From an uncultured Candidatus Poseidoniales archaeon (lineage in GTDB: Archaea; Thermoplasmatota; Poseidoniia; Poseidoniales; Thalassarchaeaceae): 64,000 nt of DNA. A program made the translations under genes and the position numbers. This document shows, in pieces, positions 1 to 10,579 of the stretch. The first letter of the stretch is position 1. Each line of letters opens with the position of its first letter. The stretch spans positions 14,601-78,600 of the forward strand of contig CAZUBQ010000004.1 in the NCBI GenBank assembly GCA_964618995.1. The letters run 5' to 3'. The notes under the pieces are model-generated. The model saw only the letters and a program-made list of their open reading frames with translations. It was not told the origin of the DNA and made no database searches.

Positions 1-779
1 AGTTCGAGGTTGCGCATCATGTGCAGCATCGATGAACCCGGCTCGCCCACGAGAGAGGATGCGGGTACGCGGCAGTCGTCGTACACCAGCTCGGCGGTGT
101 TCGAGGCGCGCATGCCCGTCTTGTCCGTGATCTTCTGACCGACCGAGAATCCGGGGTGTTCCCGCTCCACGAGGAAGGTCGAGAACTCCGGTCTTCCGCG
201 CTCGTCAGTGCTAGTGCCAGTGCGAGCATATGTCCAGACGACGTCGCATGCAGTCCCCTCGTCATCTATGCAACCGTTGGTGATCCACATCTTGCGGCCG
301 TTGATGACCCAGTGATCTCCATCCTTAACGGCTGATGTCGACATGCCGAGGACATCCGTGCCGATATCCGGTTCTGACATCGCCATCGCCCCAATCCATT
401 CCCCGCTGCACACTTTGGGCAGCACTCGCTGCTTCTGCTCCTCCGAACCATTGCGGGCGAGGTTGTTGGCGAACAGCATGCTGTGGGCGAGATATGCGAG
501 GCATAATCCCGGGTCGGAGTACGACAACTCCTCATTGACTATGGCAGCCGCAACAGCATCCATCCCGGCTCCGCCGTACTCTTCTGGCACGCTGATGCCG
601 AGCAGTCCGAGGTCGCCGAGTTTGCGGAACAGTTCGAGGTTGAACATCTCTGCTCGGTCATGCTCGAGCGCTTGCGGCTCGACTTCGGCAGCGACGAAAT
701 CGCGCACCATCTGGCGCAGCATGCCGTGCTCCTCGGTGGGGTTGGTTAGGTCGAGTTCGCGCCAACCTTCCACGCTCAT
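1..779 (-). CDS. Acyl-CoA dehydrogenase (N-terminal and middle domains). The gene starts at 779 and runs off the window edge, so it is 3'-truncated.
   Basis: Reverse-strand translation gives MSVEGWRELDLTNPTEEHGMLRQMVRDFVAAEVEP...GAMAMSEPDIGTDVLGMSTSAVKDGDHWVINGRKMWITNG..., a typical ACAD fold. GGAGG lies upstream of the ATG. The frame is missing from the ORF track because it is open to the window edge. Confidence 0.8.
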   Translation of the reverse strand, partial: MSVEGWRELDLTNPTEEHGMLRQMVRDFVAAEVEPQALEHDRAEMFNLELFRKLGDLGLLGISVPEEYGGAGMDAVAAAIVNEELSYSDPGLCLAYLAHSMLFANNLARNGSEEQKQRVLPKVCSGEWIGAMAMSEPDIGTDVLGMSTSAVKDGDHWVINGRKMWITNGCIDDEGTACDVVWTYARTGTSTDERGRPEFSTFLVEREHPGFSVGQKITDKTGMRASNTAELVYDDCRVPASSLVGEPGSSMLHMMRNLE

Positions 780-826
780 GCCTCCTGTCCGGGCCTCTGC
801 CCGCAATGTGCACCTGACCCGCCGGG

Positions 827-3800
827 TCAATGATTCTCCCGCACCCAGTCGCGCAGTTGATTGATGTCCCATCCTTGATCGAAGTAACCCTGAATGGTCG
901 CCTCGTCCCAGAACGAGAACTCATCGAGCGCTTGTTGCATCTCCAGGCTCTGACTCGGTGGACCGCTGACTGGAGGACCGCCTCCGCCATATCCTGGCGG
1001 AGTGGAGGACCCAGTGCCCTCGTATCCAACCGCCTCGCGGCCTTGGTATCCCGGCGGACCGCGGCTGATAGGCTCCACGGCTTCACCAAGAGGCAGGTAG
1101 TCCTCGTCCTCAAGGAAGAAATCATCGTCTTCCTCGCGGCGCCGTCCGAGCACCATCAGCACGACCACCACCAGCGCGATGAGGATGAGCACACCGGCGG
1201 CTATCCCCCCAATCACCCACAGATCCATGCCTTCTGCGCCGCTGCTGCCAGCAGCGCGGACGTGGAACTGTTCTGACTCACTGAGCAGGTTGCCATCGGA
1301 ATCATAGATAGTGAATATGACACCGTTGAGCGGCTGCGGGAACGGATCGACGGGCACGCGGCAGAGGTCCTGCATGTTCGGCTGCCAGGTGATACCGCAG
1401 TCATGAGTGAAATTTCCCTGCTGAGTGCCGTTGATGACAATGAACACCTCAAGCGACAACTGGCCGGCCTCGGTGCCCACGTTGGTCACCTGTAGCAGGA
1501 TATCGAATGCAGACATTGCCTCAGGCTGCCCGGTCGAGAGATCGACTCGGTCAATGCGGAATTCAGCCTGCTTGAACACCAGATCGTATTGCCCACCCTC
1601 GAGCGATACCCCAAACGTCCCGCCGGTCACCGGGTTCACCTGGTTACCCGCCGAATCCTCACCGGTCACCCAGAAACGGATATCCACGCCGGCAAGTTCC
1701 TTGGGGAGGGTGTGTCCCTCCCAAAGATCCACGCAATGCATGTTCACCTTGTTCGATTGAAGGTCGATGTTAGCTGTGCGAGTCTGCCACGGTTCTGGGA
1801 AGGTCGTGCGATATGACGACCAGTTGAAGTTGTCCTGGAAGAACATCCAGTTGATGGACATGGAGTCGCTGTTTAGCCTCTGCAGTTCGTCGACGGTGAA
1901 TTCGATGTCCACACAACCGATTGACGAAGATGGCAGCAGTTCCTCGATCAGTTCACCGGTGATACCCGAGCGCATCTTCCAAGAACCCCAGATGACCGAG
2001 GGGGCATCGTCGTCCACCTTGGCGTAGAAGGTGCGGTCCACCTCGGGAGAGAAGTCTGTGGCACCCTCGGGGATGTCGTCAATAGAGAACACGTAGCGAT
2101 ACTCGTTCGTGGCCAGTGCAGCCGAGATGAGCAACTCGAATGTGCCGTTCTCGAACTGGTACTCTTCGGTCTGCGTGCTGGACGCGACATAACCGAGGCT
2201 GGACTCGCCGCCCGGGTAAATTGGTGTGCGGGTGACCTTCAGGGTCATTGGAATCTGTGGCTTGACATCGATGCCCGCCTCCAGTGCGTCCTTGAAGCGA
2301 TATGAGCCTTTGAGCAGCAGCAGGTCACCGGGCCTGGTGTATCCTCCGTCCTGAGCACCGATTGAGGAAGTGATGAATCCAGAGGTGTCCTCGAGTGAGA
2401 ATGAGGCCAAGTCGAACTTCATCCCGCTTGAGTAAATCCAACGCTGTTTGTAGCGACTGGCCGACAACTTGCTCTCCTGGTTATCCGGGTCGAGATCCTT
2501 CATGTAGACATCCGGCTCAACCACGCCACCGACAGTCGGCACGCTCCAATGGAGGCGAATCGGCATGTTGAGTTGGAACTCGGTCTCGAACGGATCGATG
2601 AGTACGGTCCCGTCGGCCTTGGTCAACCGCGTACCCACACCGTCGTTGGTGACGTTGAGGATGTCCACCCACTGGCTGTCGGTCCACGCAGAGCCGTTGC
2701 GCGGTGAGAACCAGAGCACCATGTCGTTGGTGACGTACGGGTTCAGGTCAATCTTGATGTAATCAAGATCGCGCCAGCCGTTGTCGTCCTTGCCATCGAC
2801 GAGCAGGTGGTAGACGTTACCTGCGTACATCGACTTGTTGAACTCTGTTAGTGGGTTGTTGTATGCATCCGAGATGTGCAGTGAGTAAACACCCGGAGCA
2901 CGCGAATCGAGGCCGATGTAGGTAATCAGATCGTTCGCGAATCCGGCTGCGCCACCATTGATGGCGTTGCCACCGATATCTGTGCCGACCACGAACAGAC
3001 TTGTGCGCGGGGCGGTATCTCCCTCTGGAATGTTCAGTCCGGTCTGCTGGTCGTCGAGGCAGTCATTGTGCGGTGGACAGATCGGGTTGTCCAGTTCGTA
3101 GGTGGTATTGCCGAAGGCGTCGACGAATATCGGCACAAGACTGACTGTGCGATACTCGATGGGCTCAGGAATACGGTTGTCGTTGTCATCGTGCTGCGCC
3201 TCGACCCAGTGATAGAGCAGCAGTTCGTCCGGGGCTTGAGGGAAATCGCGTGCAACGACTCGGAACTTCTGATTCGACGCCGGCGGAATCCAAGTATCGT
3301 CTGTGAGTTCGCGCCATTCGGATATCATGTCCCAGACGCTGATATTCACCAACACGGGCGCGTACGTGTCGATGTTCAGAACGATGCGGATGGCGCAGTC
3401 GGAATCGGGATTGTACTGTGCTGGCGGACAGAGGGTGTCTCCGCCGCTGTAGTCAGCGATGCGCAGGCGGTAGGTGTCGGTGCCGGCGGCGGTTGCAGCG
3501 ATGGTAGGCTGCCATTCAAAGTCACCTCCGATGATGCTCGCCAATCTGTCGACCTCAATCCAATGGCTGAAGTTCGACTGATTCTGTAACTCGAACACGA
3601 GGTTGTAATCCGCTGGGTCGGGCGACTCGGCGAGGTTCTCGAAGCGGACCGAACCATTGAGCGTGATTACCTGACTGCTGGAGGCGTTGGTCAGGTCAGG
3701 TTGCAGGATTCCGCCCTGATTGTAGAGATCGAGTCGCTGGATGAGCGCGTCGTTCTCGACCGCGTTTCCAACCGCCGGGTTGAGCATCAGCGCAGCGGGG

Positions 3801-6652
3801 AGTCCCTCTGAACCGGAAGTGGTGATCATCGTGGCGAACACCCTGACTGTTGGTGAATCCTGCCAGTCGCTGTTCACACGGAAGCGCCAGAGCACCTGCT
3901 TCCCGTCCGCAACGTCGGTGGCCAAAGACTGCATCACCATCAGTGACAACATCGTCTCGTCTCCACGCTCCCAGAAGGAATCGTTGGCAGCCGTCCACAG
4001 GAACTCAGCATTGCCCGACTCGGACTCAAACTGCAGGCTGGCATGGGCAATCGTCTCACCCGTGCTCACCGACAACGAGTGGGTCGTGACCACCTCGTAG
4101 ACATCCCCGTTCGCATAGAGCCCAGACCAACTGCCCGTCGTGTTGAGCGTGTTGTCGTATCCGCTCTCGGTGGTCACCAGGAGATTCTTCAGTTTGACTG
4201 CACCGCCAGTATCTCCCCCAACACTGATTGGCACGAAAACCTGACCACCCACAGGAGCATTCAGCGCCACGCCCTGATTCAATTCACGCGCCAAATCGTG
4301 TGTGGCCCCAAGGACGACCTTCCATTCGTAGAAGATATCCAAGTCGCGCATGGTGATGCTGGAACCGACTCCTGCAGTTCCGTTCTCCAATTTGAAGCGG
4401 AACTGCACCCACTCGTTGCCGAACTCATCTATGACCGCCGCCGGCACCTGCGGGTCGTCGAGCAGCGCCTGCAGTTCGTCAGAGAACTGGCCGAGCGCCA
4501 ACCAGTTGTCGGGGGTCATCTCCAATCTGTTATCTGTAAAACCGAGGTGCTGCTCCTGATTGGCGGCGAGTAGCGTGATCGAGGCGTTGCCGACGTAACT
4601 GTCGGAGAAGGACACCTCGGCGTGGGTCACGTTGGCGTCCTTTGGAAGCAGGAACGGCGCGCCCTCAGCCCTACCGTTGACCGCCATGCTCATCGACATG
4701 GACTCGGCGCGCATGTTCACGCCGTTGACGACCTGGCTACGGAAGTAGCTCTGCCGTCCGTAGGCACCGAACGCCGGATGGGTGATTCCCCATTGCAAGT
4801 CGTTGTCGCCGGCGACATCTATGGTGAGGTTCTCAGAACTGTGCGCGAACTCGAGTTCCAACCAGAGGCCAGTCACAGTGCACTGTGCTGGATACATCAC
4901 TGCCAACCCCACGCCTGTCGAGGGGATGGGGACACCGTCCGCAGTGGTGTTGAAGTCGTACCACTGATTGCTGGTGGCATGCATGAATTCGCCTGATTTC
5001 GAATTGTAGGGATAGAGCATGATGTCGCCGTTGCCACAGTCATCCTCCACTATCGGTTTCGCTGCTACTATTGGCATCGAGAACCTATTCATGATCTTCG
5101 CAGGTGTCCACGTCGTGTCCTTGATTTGGGGCGTGTAGAATATCATACCCCCCATCTGTTCCGCAGTCCACGCTCCTGGTATGAACGAGCCTCCCATGGC
5201 TTCGACTCCCGCCATGTTTCGCAGTCCGGTTCCAATCTTGGTTCCAAGACTGAAACCGTAGAGAACCGGGGTTCCGATTCGGCTGGATCCGCTGTCGTAA
5301 TTGAAACGGAAGTTGAGCAGCGAATAGACAGAGGTGTCGACGTCCCACAACTCAATCGTACTGCCAGTCAATCCGCTGAGCACATTTCCGTGAACGTCAA
5401 CGACCAACTGATTGTTCGACGCGTCGTAGACATCGATGTTGAAACTGGCACCCGGAGGGGTCGCCGACTCGATGCTGAGCACTCCGAATCCATCGGGGAA
5501 GCCGTTGTTCTGGGAGGCCATGTTCGAGAACGGACCCATGTCGACGTAACCGGTTTGGGGTAGTGGATCTCCGGCGCGCATCGTGTCGATGTACCAACCC
5601 TGCATCGAACCGTTGCCTGGGGCGGCGGTGTGGACGTTGCGCTCAAGCACGAACATCAGTTGGACGTACATGTTCTCGTAAGCTGAGAGATCGAGAGCCA
5701 AGGTCGCCCACTGCAGGCTGCCGGCTGTACCGCCGTCGCTCTGCCCAGCGAGAACCCACGCATTGGCGGGAACAGTGATGGTACCCTTGCCGCTGCACCC
5801 TGCCGTCACCTGATTGAGGAGCGTGCCACGCTGGAACATGCCGTGCTGTCCGGGGCTGATTCCTGTTGAGTTGCCTCGGTCGATGTCGTGGAATCCCCAT
5901 GGACTCCAACTCGACGCATCCATCGACTCTCGGAGGGCGACGTAGGCGCAGTCATCGTAGTACTTGCCCGTACCGGAGTTGCGGTAGTAGAGCGAGTGCA
6001 GAGACTTGAGCGTCGCCTGACTCTTGCCGGGGTGAATCTGAATCGTTCCGGACATCAACTCGTACTGGAACTCGGTAGCCAGCGAGTCATCGGTGTAGTC
6101 GGGATCGACAAAGTTGGTCCCCCAGCAGGTGGATCCAGTAGCGCACCCCGTGGGCAGAATGGGGCTGGGCAGGGTGAGTTCTCGCTCCCAGTTGAATATG
6201 TCAACCGCTGCACCAGGGGTGAAACCCTGTGCGCTGGTCTCGAAGTCAGCGTTGAAACCCTTGCTGGTGAGCGCCAGTTCGTCTTCGGTCGTTGTGAAGT
6301 CGCAATTCGATATAGAGGTCTGGTGGCATCCGGCGCTGCTGTACGACAGCATGTTGTTGAAGCGTGCATCCCAGATGTTGTTCTGCACCGTTGAATCGTA
6401 GGAACGGTGGAACGCAAGGGTGGCGAAATCATTCTGCACCTCGACTGACGCTGAGGTCACGGTCTCCCCTTCCGGCAGGGATACCTGACCTGTGACTGTG
6501 TTGAGATAATTTCCTGGGTCTCGTAGTTCGACCTTCACTTCAGTCTCGGTGTTGGCGAAGGTGTTGACTGTGGCGGCATGTACCACCGTTGTTGAGAATA
6601 TCATCACGGCGACCACCATCAGGCAGCATAGTGTCTTTCGGCGTTCATTCAT
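827..6652 (-). CDS. Giant (~1940 aa) cell-surface protein with an N-terminal signal peptide, a large extracellular region, a C-terminal TM helix and a Gly/Pro-rich cytoplasmic tail.
   Basis: ORF 827..6700. Signal-peptide-like MNERRKTLCCLMVVAVMIFSTTVVHA. C-terminal IGGIAAGVLILIALVVVVLMVLGRRREEDDD. Start chosen at the Met preceding the signal peptide; alternative starts lie up to 6700. Confidence 0.75.
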   Translation of the reverse strand: MNERRKTLCCLMVVAVMIFSTTVVHAATVNTFANTETEVKVELRDPGNYLNTVTGQVSLPEGETVTSASVEVQNDFATLAFHRSYDSTVQNNIWDARFNNMLSYSSAGCHQTSISNCDFTTTEDELALTSKGFNADFETSAQGFTPGAAVDIFNWERELTLPSPILPTGCATGSTCWGTNFVDPDYTDDSLATEFQYELMSGTIQIHPGKSQATLKSLHSLYYRNSGTGKYYDDCAYVALRESMDASSWSPWGFHDIDRGNSTGISPGQHGMFQRGTLLNQVTAGCSGKGTITVPANAWVLAGQSDGGTAGSLQWATLALDLSAYENMYVQLMFVLERNVHTAAPGNGSMQGWYIDTMRAGDPLPQTGYVDMGPFSNMASQNNGFPDGFGVLSIESATPPGASFNIDVYDASNNQLVVDVHGNVLSGLTGSTIELWDVDTSVYSLLNFRFNYDSGSSRIGTPVLYGFSLGTKIGTGLRNMAGVEAMGGSFIPGAWTAEQMGGMIFYTPQIKDTTWTPAKIMNRFSMPIVAAKPIVEDDCGNGDIMLYPYNSKSGEFMHATSNQWYDFNTTADGVPIPSTGVGLAVMYPAQCTVTGLWLELEFAHSSENLTIDVAGDNDLQWGITHPAFGAYGRQSYFRSQVVNGVNMRAESMSMSMAVNGRAEGAPFLLPKDANVTHAEVSFSDSYVGNASITLLAANQEQHLGFTDNRLEMTPDNWLALGQFSDELQALLDDPQVPAAVIDEFGNEWVQFRFKLENGTAGVGSSITMRDLDIFYEWKVVLGATHDLARELNQGVALNAPVGGQVFVPISVGGDTGGAVKLKNLLVTTESGYDNTLNTTGSWSGLYANGDVYEVVTTHSLSVSTGETIAHASLQFESESGNAEFLWTAANDSFWERGDETMLSLMVMQSLATDVADGKQVLWRFRVNSDWQDSPTVRVFATMITTSGSEGLPAALMLNPAVGNAVENDALIQRLDLYNQGGILQPDLTNASSSQVITLNGSVRFENLAESPDPADYNLVFELQNQSNFSHWIEVDRLASIIGGDFEWQPTIAATAAGTDTYRLRIADYSGGDTLCPPAQYNPDSDCAIRIVLNIDTYAPVLVNISVWDMISEWRELTDDTWIPPASNQKFRVVARDFPQAPDELLLYHWVEAQHDDNDNRIPEPIEYRTVSLVPIFVDAFGNTTYELDNPICPPHNDCLDDQQTGLNIPEGDTAPRTSLFVVGTDIGGNAINGGAAGFANDLITYIGLDSRAPGVYSLHISDAYNNPLTEFNKSMYAGNVYHLLVDGKDDNGWRDLDYIKIDLNPYVTNDMVLWFSPRNGSAWTDSQWVDILNVTNDGVGTRLTKADGTVLIDPFETEFQLNMPIRLHWSVPTVGGVVEPDVYMKDLDPDNQESKLSASRYKQRWIYSSGMKFDLASFSLEDTSGFITSSIGAQDGGYTRPGDLLLLKGSYRFKDALEAGIDVKPQIPMTLKVTRTPIYPGGESSLGYVASSTQTEEYQFENGTFELLISAALATNEYRYVFSIDDIPEGATDFSPEVDRTFYAKVDDDAPSVIWGSWKMRSGITGELIEELLPSSSIGCVDIEFTVDELQRLNSDSMSINWMFFQDNFNWSSYRTTFPEPWQTRTANIDLQSNKVNMHCVDLWEGHTLPKELAGVDIRFWVTGEDSAGNQVNPVTGGTFGVSLEGGQYDLVFKQAEFRIDRVDLSTGQPEAMSAFDILLQVTNVGTEAGQLSLEVFIVINGTQQGNFTHDCGITWQPNMQDLCRVPVDPFPQPLNGVIFTIYDSDGNLLSESEQFHVRAAGSSGAEGMDLWVIGGIAAGVLILIALVVVVLMVLGRRREEDDDFFLEDEDYLPLGEAVEPISRGPPGYQGREAVGYEGTGSSTPPGYGGGGPPVSGPPSQSLEMQQALDEFSFWDEATIQGYFDQGWDINQLRDWVRENH

Positions 6653-6738
6653 TGTCATCATCCCATAAACCGCTACGCGGTTCAGCGTACGCAGCCTCAT
6701 TTCGCATTTAACCCCGTTGGGCTTGCGCCCAACCCTCG

Positions 6739-7467
6739 TCAGCCATCCAGCAACGTTGTTTCCCTGTTTTCATGGCAGGATAGAGCAAGATGGGCGAGGC
6801 CACCACGAGCATCCTCATTTCGAAGCAACCTCCCGATGTCAGCGACCGTTGTCGGGTGTGCTGGACCAAGCGCATCACACATCTCCGGCCCTTCGCTGAT
6901 GGTGAATGTTCCAAGCAAGCGCGCCTCATCGACAATCTCCTGTTTGTCCATGCCTAGCAACGGACGCAGCACGGGCCGATCAGACGCCCGCTCGACCGCA
7001 CCCATGTTGCCGAGTGTCTGACTAGAAACCTGTCCAAGATTCTCGCCGGTCAGCAGATGACTCGCTTCCACCTCGTCAGCGAGCAGACAAGCAATGGCGT
7101 TGAACAGCCGCTTCATGTGAACGAAGTAATCCCGGTGGCACTCACCATCTGTGAACAATGAGAGAGTCTGCGCGACCGGCGCAACGCGCAAAGTTCCGTC
7201 GATACGTGCTCCCATTCCCCCCAATGGTCCATCCTGACCTCGCAGTCGGCGAAGGGATTCGATGGTCTTCTCTTGCGCCTCGGGGCCTGTCACAGGTTCC
7301 TGGCTGCAATGCAACGGAATCACCTCCCAGCCTGCAGAAACCATACGCGCCACCGCCACCGGAGAGTCGATGCCCCCGGACACCAGCGCCACGGCTCGGC
7401 CGACCGGTTCTCCAGCACCATTCTCGGCACTCATCAATTGCGCGACGGGTGACAACGGCATGAGCAT
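6739..7467 (-). CDS. PP-loop ATPase, ThiI-like (tRNA sulfurtransferase-type adenylating domain).
   Basis: SGGIDSPVAVARM PP-loop motif. Start placed at an internal Met because the 5' extension of the ORF (to 7617) overlaps a divergent gene. Confidence 0.6.
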   Translation of the reverse strand: MLMPLSPVAQLMSAENGAGEPVGRAVALVSGGIDSPVAVARMVSAGWEVIPLHCSQEPVTGPEAQEKTIESLRRLRGQDGPLGGMGARIDGTLRVAPVAQTLSLFTDGECHRDYFVHMKRLFNAIACLLADEVEASHLLTGENLGQVSSQTLGNMGAVERASDRPVLRPLLGMDKQEIVDEARLLGTFTISEGPEMCDALGPAHPTTVADIGRLLRNEDARGGLAHLALSCHENRETTLLDG

Positions 7468-7547
7468 TCTGTCGGGTGAATGAATGGGTGCCAGCAGCTC
7501 AGGTTGATTCCGAGGGTTGATGAGGGGGCATGAAGGCCCATTGACTG

Positions 7548-8009
7548 ATGGATGAGCCGTACTCCACTGAACCAGTCGTCCTGCTGAACGAGGTGTTCCC
7601 TCAGGACACCAACTCACGCGGCACCCTGTTCGGCGGCCGCCTGCTGTCGATAATGGACACCGCTGCGGGAATGGTATCCAGCAAGTTCGCCCACAAGCAG
7701 TTCGTTACCATCTCGATCGACTCGCTCAAGTTCATGCGCCCAGCGTACAAGGGGGATATTGTCGAGGTGACCTCCAGGGTCGTGTTCACCTCGCGCACGA
7801 CTACCGGCTGCTACGTCGTCGCCCGGCGTCTGACACGCTCTGAATGGGAGCCAGAGGAAATCTGCGCCGGATTCTTCTTCATGGTCGCGGTCGATTCCGA
7901 CATGCGCCCGACACCAGTTCCACAACACACCCCTGCGAACGAGGAAGAAGAGCTACTCTGGAAACAAGCGCAGCGAGTCCGAGATTCCATGCTCAGCGAG
8001 GACGCCTGA
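7548..8009 (+). CDS. Acyl-CoA thioesterase, hotdog fold (YciA-like).
   Basis: NSRGTLFGGRLLSIMDTAAGMVSSKFAHKQFVTISIDSLKFMRPAYKGDIVEVTSRVV is a typical 4HBT/YciA signature. Confidence 0.75.
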   Translation: MDEPYSTEPVVLLNEVFPQDTNSRGTLFGGRLLSIMDTAAGMVSSKFAHKQFVTISIDSLKFMRPAYKGDIVEVTSRVVFTSRTTTGCYVVARRLTRSEWEPEEICAGFFFMVAVDSDMRPTPVPQHTPANEEEELLWKQAQRVRDSMLSEDA

Positions 8010-8012
8010 GCA

Positions 8013-8462
8013 TCAGAAGAGCTGAATCGTCAGCGGATACTGATACTGTTCACCGCGCTTCATCGCGGAGTTCGCCTGAATCGACCAGACGAGGTAGCAT
8101 ACCCAGTGGGCAGCCATGGTCAGAAATCCGACTAGAATCAACATCAAGGCACCGTGAACAATGCTGGCGATGGCAATCGTAATCGAAGCATTCGACGCCT
8201 GTCGCATGTGATCCAATTCAAGTTCGTCGCGGTTGACCTGTTCGCTGTTCTTCATCAAGTAGGAAATCATCGGAATCAGGAAGGCGATTGGCCCCATTAT
8301 CAACCATCCGAGTGAACCACCCAGATGGGCGAGCGTCCCCATTCCACGAGAGGGCCCGGGAGCATAGAAGACCTGTTGCTGAACTCCTGGTTGCACCCCG
8401 GGTTGAATTCCGGGTTGGGGTGGTAGACCTGGCTGCACGGGAATTGCAGGAGTGACTAGCAC
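8013..8462 (-). CDS. DUF4870-like small membrane protein with a Pro/Gln-rich N-terminus.
   Basis: PGxQPGVQPGVQ low-complexity N-terminus, then two TM helices and an HMRQASNASITIAIASIV core resembling DUF4870. Confidence 0.5.
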   Translation of the reverse strand: MLVTPAIPVQPGLPPQPGIQPGVQPGVQQQVFYAPGPSRGMGTLAHLGGSLGWLIMGPIAFLIPMISYLMKNSEQVNRDELELDHMRQASNASITIAIASIVHGALMLILVGFLTMAAHWVCYLVWSIQANSAMKRGEQYQYPLTIQLF

Positions 8463-8617
8463 TTGAAGCGATTGTCAAATCCAAGTGCCCCATATCTCGT
8501 ATGCCGCCCCCGCCCGTGGGTGTGCATACGTGCGTTTCGCGCCATATCGTCAGGGGAACCAACATAAGCGGACCGCAAACCTGTGTGTCTCGGGATGCAC
8601 GCTGGGCGAAGTCCTGG

Positions 8618-10579
8618 ATGATGTATAGCGTAGAAGGAGGCGACTTTCTGGAACACGAATTATTCCATTCACTGAGGGTAGCCGGAATCGACGGCCGAAT
8701 CAAGGGTGTTCTCAGTGAGCGAACGCTGCTCTTGGAACGGCGCGACGGCAAGGGGATGCGCATCGATCTGGATGCCATTCACCGCCTACGCCACCATCAC
8801 GTCGCCATCACCCCGCCACTGGTGACCCTAGTCGGAATCATATCCCTTCTCGCCGGTGCTCGAGTACTCGATGGAAGAGTGCAACTCTATGCCTACGGTC
8901 TCGGCGCATTCGCCCTACTCATCTGGGTGTTGGGAAGGCGCCCTGCGCTGAGTATCGACACCCGCCAGGGCGACCGCCACATCCTGTATGGCCGCGACCA
9001 CAAACTCCAGCGGTTGTACATCATGCTGGATCGGATGGCCGATGGCGTCACTCTCGACCAAGCGCGTCTAGGTCTGGACGAACTGATTGAACCGAACTAT
9101 CCGACCATCGGGCGCATCGAGGATTTCCAGAAGCACATCGAGGCGGTCTCTGCCAGCGAGGCGGCGCACGCTGACTTCGAGGAGCCTGCCGAGGAGGACA
9201 CGCTCGAAAGCGCGCTCGCCAGACTCTCCGACAAGCGCAGACGGGCGCTCGGGAACGAGCCCGTTCATGAGGCTGAGTTGCTCAGCGACGACGAGGTGCA
9301 CCTAGAGGCGAGCGCTCCGCAAACAGCGACGAACGACGCAGTACATCCGGTGTTTGAGAGGGCCTCGGCCGCGCTCAGGGACCAGCGTGCTGCTCAGACA
9401 ATCGAGAGCTCCCCGCAGAGCAACTCGCAGGGTGTTGACGAATACGAGACGGTGACGGGCGCGGGAGATTACCAGGTTCCGTGGCAGATTGGACAGGGTG
9501 GCTCATCATCATCCCCAAGCAGCACAGATTCACTATCGCATGAAGGCACACTGCTGGACCAGTCGCTCTCAAATGCCAGAAACGCCGGACAGGAGGCTGG
9601 CTTCTCATTCGGACAGGATGAATTCGGTGGTGGCGGGATGTTCGGTGAAGGGGGGCTGTTCGACGCGCTCGATCAAGCGGAAGGGAAATCGATGTCTGAT
9701 TCGTTCTCCAACAGCCCTGCGCCAACTGCATCATCGACTTCCTCGTACCCAAGCCAGTCATTCCAACCGACTACAGGAGCACAAGCGCCTCCACCATCCC
9801 AACCCAGCTCGTGGAGCAATGAGCCGGTCGGAGCCACCTCGTACGCGATGATCACCTCTGCCTCTCCTCATCTTGACGGACTACCAGAGCCGAACCGCGA
9901 CGCGCTGCGACCCGAATGCACACCCGGTGTGGTGGCGGAAGCGAGGTTAGCGGAGGGGGAATACAGGCCGCCCAAGGTACCGGGCGATGGTACCGTCCAA
10001 GAACAGTACGCGAAGAACGGCGACCCGCTGGAGGAGTACCCCACTCTGCAGAGGATGCGCGCCACGCGACCAGAATTCGAACGGTTGCGACTGAAGCCAG
10101 TCACCCGACGAGCCAGTGAGCGGAGTGCCCTCGCCTCGTTACGCGCCTGGGTCAGCCCACGGCTCAAGAAGATAGGGCGTGGTGGCAGGAAGATGGGTCG
10201 GATTCTCAGACGTGATCCTGCAGATGGATATCGCGATACCTACGGTGACGATGATGGCTTCGACGATGACGAGCCGCTGGATGCACAACTTGTCTCCACG
10301 CAGCTGCTACGCCTGCGCAGTGATCAGGACTCACAAGCGGACATCTCCGAGCGACTCGATCTGCTCACTCGAAGCGGAGGTGGAAAGATCGCTGACGATC
10401 TCGCCGCCGAGATTCTGCGCAGCCTGTCCACAGGGGATGAGGTGGACATCAAGAAACTGCTCGACAATGAGTCGCAGTCGAAACTTGAAGCGCCCTCCAG
10501 CTTTGTCTCCCTTCGCTCCACCACCGGAGTATCAGAAGCTGACAAATTGAGTTTCGCTGGGCTACAGCGGCTGGGCTAG
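8618..10579 (+). CDS. Hypothetical protein. N-terminal bPH-like/TM segment followed by a long disordered Ser/Pro/Gln-rich region.
   Basis: ORF 8501..10579. Start moved to MMYSVEGG. Contains one TM (ITPPLVTLVGIISLLAGA...ALLIWVLG). No catalytic motif recognised. Confidence 0.5.
   Translation: MMYSVEGGDFLEHELFHSLRVAGIDGRIKGVLSERTLLLERRDGKGMRIDLDAIHRLRHHHVAITPPLVTLVGIISLLAGARVLDGRVQLYAYGLGAFALLIWVLGRRPALSIDTRQGDRHILYGRDHKLQRLYIMLDRMADGVTLDQARLGLDELIEPNYPTIGRIEDFQKHIEAVSASEAAHADFEEPAEEDTLESALARLSDKRRRALGNEPVHEAELLSDDEVHLEASAPQTATNDAVHPVFERASAALRDQRAAQTIESSPQSNSQGVDEYETVTGAGDYQVPWQIGQGGSSSSPSSTDSLSHEGTLLDQSLSNARNAGQEAGFSFGQDEFGGGGMFGEGGLFDALDQAEGKSMSDSFSNSPAPTASSTSSYPSQSFQPTTGAQAPPPSQPSSWSNEPVGATSYAMITSASPHLDGLPEPNRDALRPECTPGVVAEARLAEGEYRPPKVPGDGTVQEQYAKNGDPLEEYPTLQRMRATRPEFERLRLKPVTRRASERSALASLRAWVSPRLKKIGRGGRKMGRILRRDPADGYRDTYGDDDGFDDDEPLDAQLVSTQLLRLRSDQDSQADISERLDLLTRSGGGKIADDLAAEILRSLSTGDEVDIKKLLDNESQSKLEAPSSFVSLRSTTGVSEADKLSFAGLQRLG

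Noticed and set aside
17-864. ORF-track entries 17..265(-), 266..535(-), 335..538(+), 343..864(+) at the window start.
   Set aside because: They lie on or opposite an acyl-CoA dehydrogenase frame that is open to the window edge on the minus strand (1..779). Their translations are Arg/Ser/Pro-rich with no domain, typical of shadow ORFs in GC-rich DNA.
827-6700. Dozens of 60-180-aa ORFs in other frames inside the giant surface-protein gene; likewise inside 19071..21755 and 52820..55996.
   Set aside because: All are nested in a single long coding frame with clear protein-like composition. The alternative frames give low-complexity Arg/Pro/Ser-rich translations, which are GC-driven artefacts.
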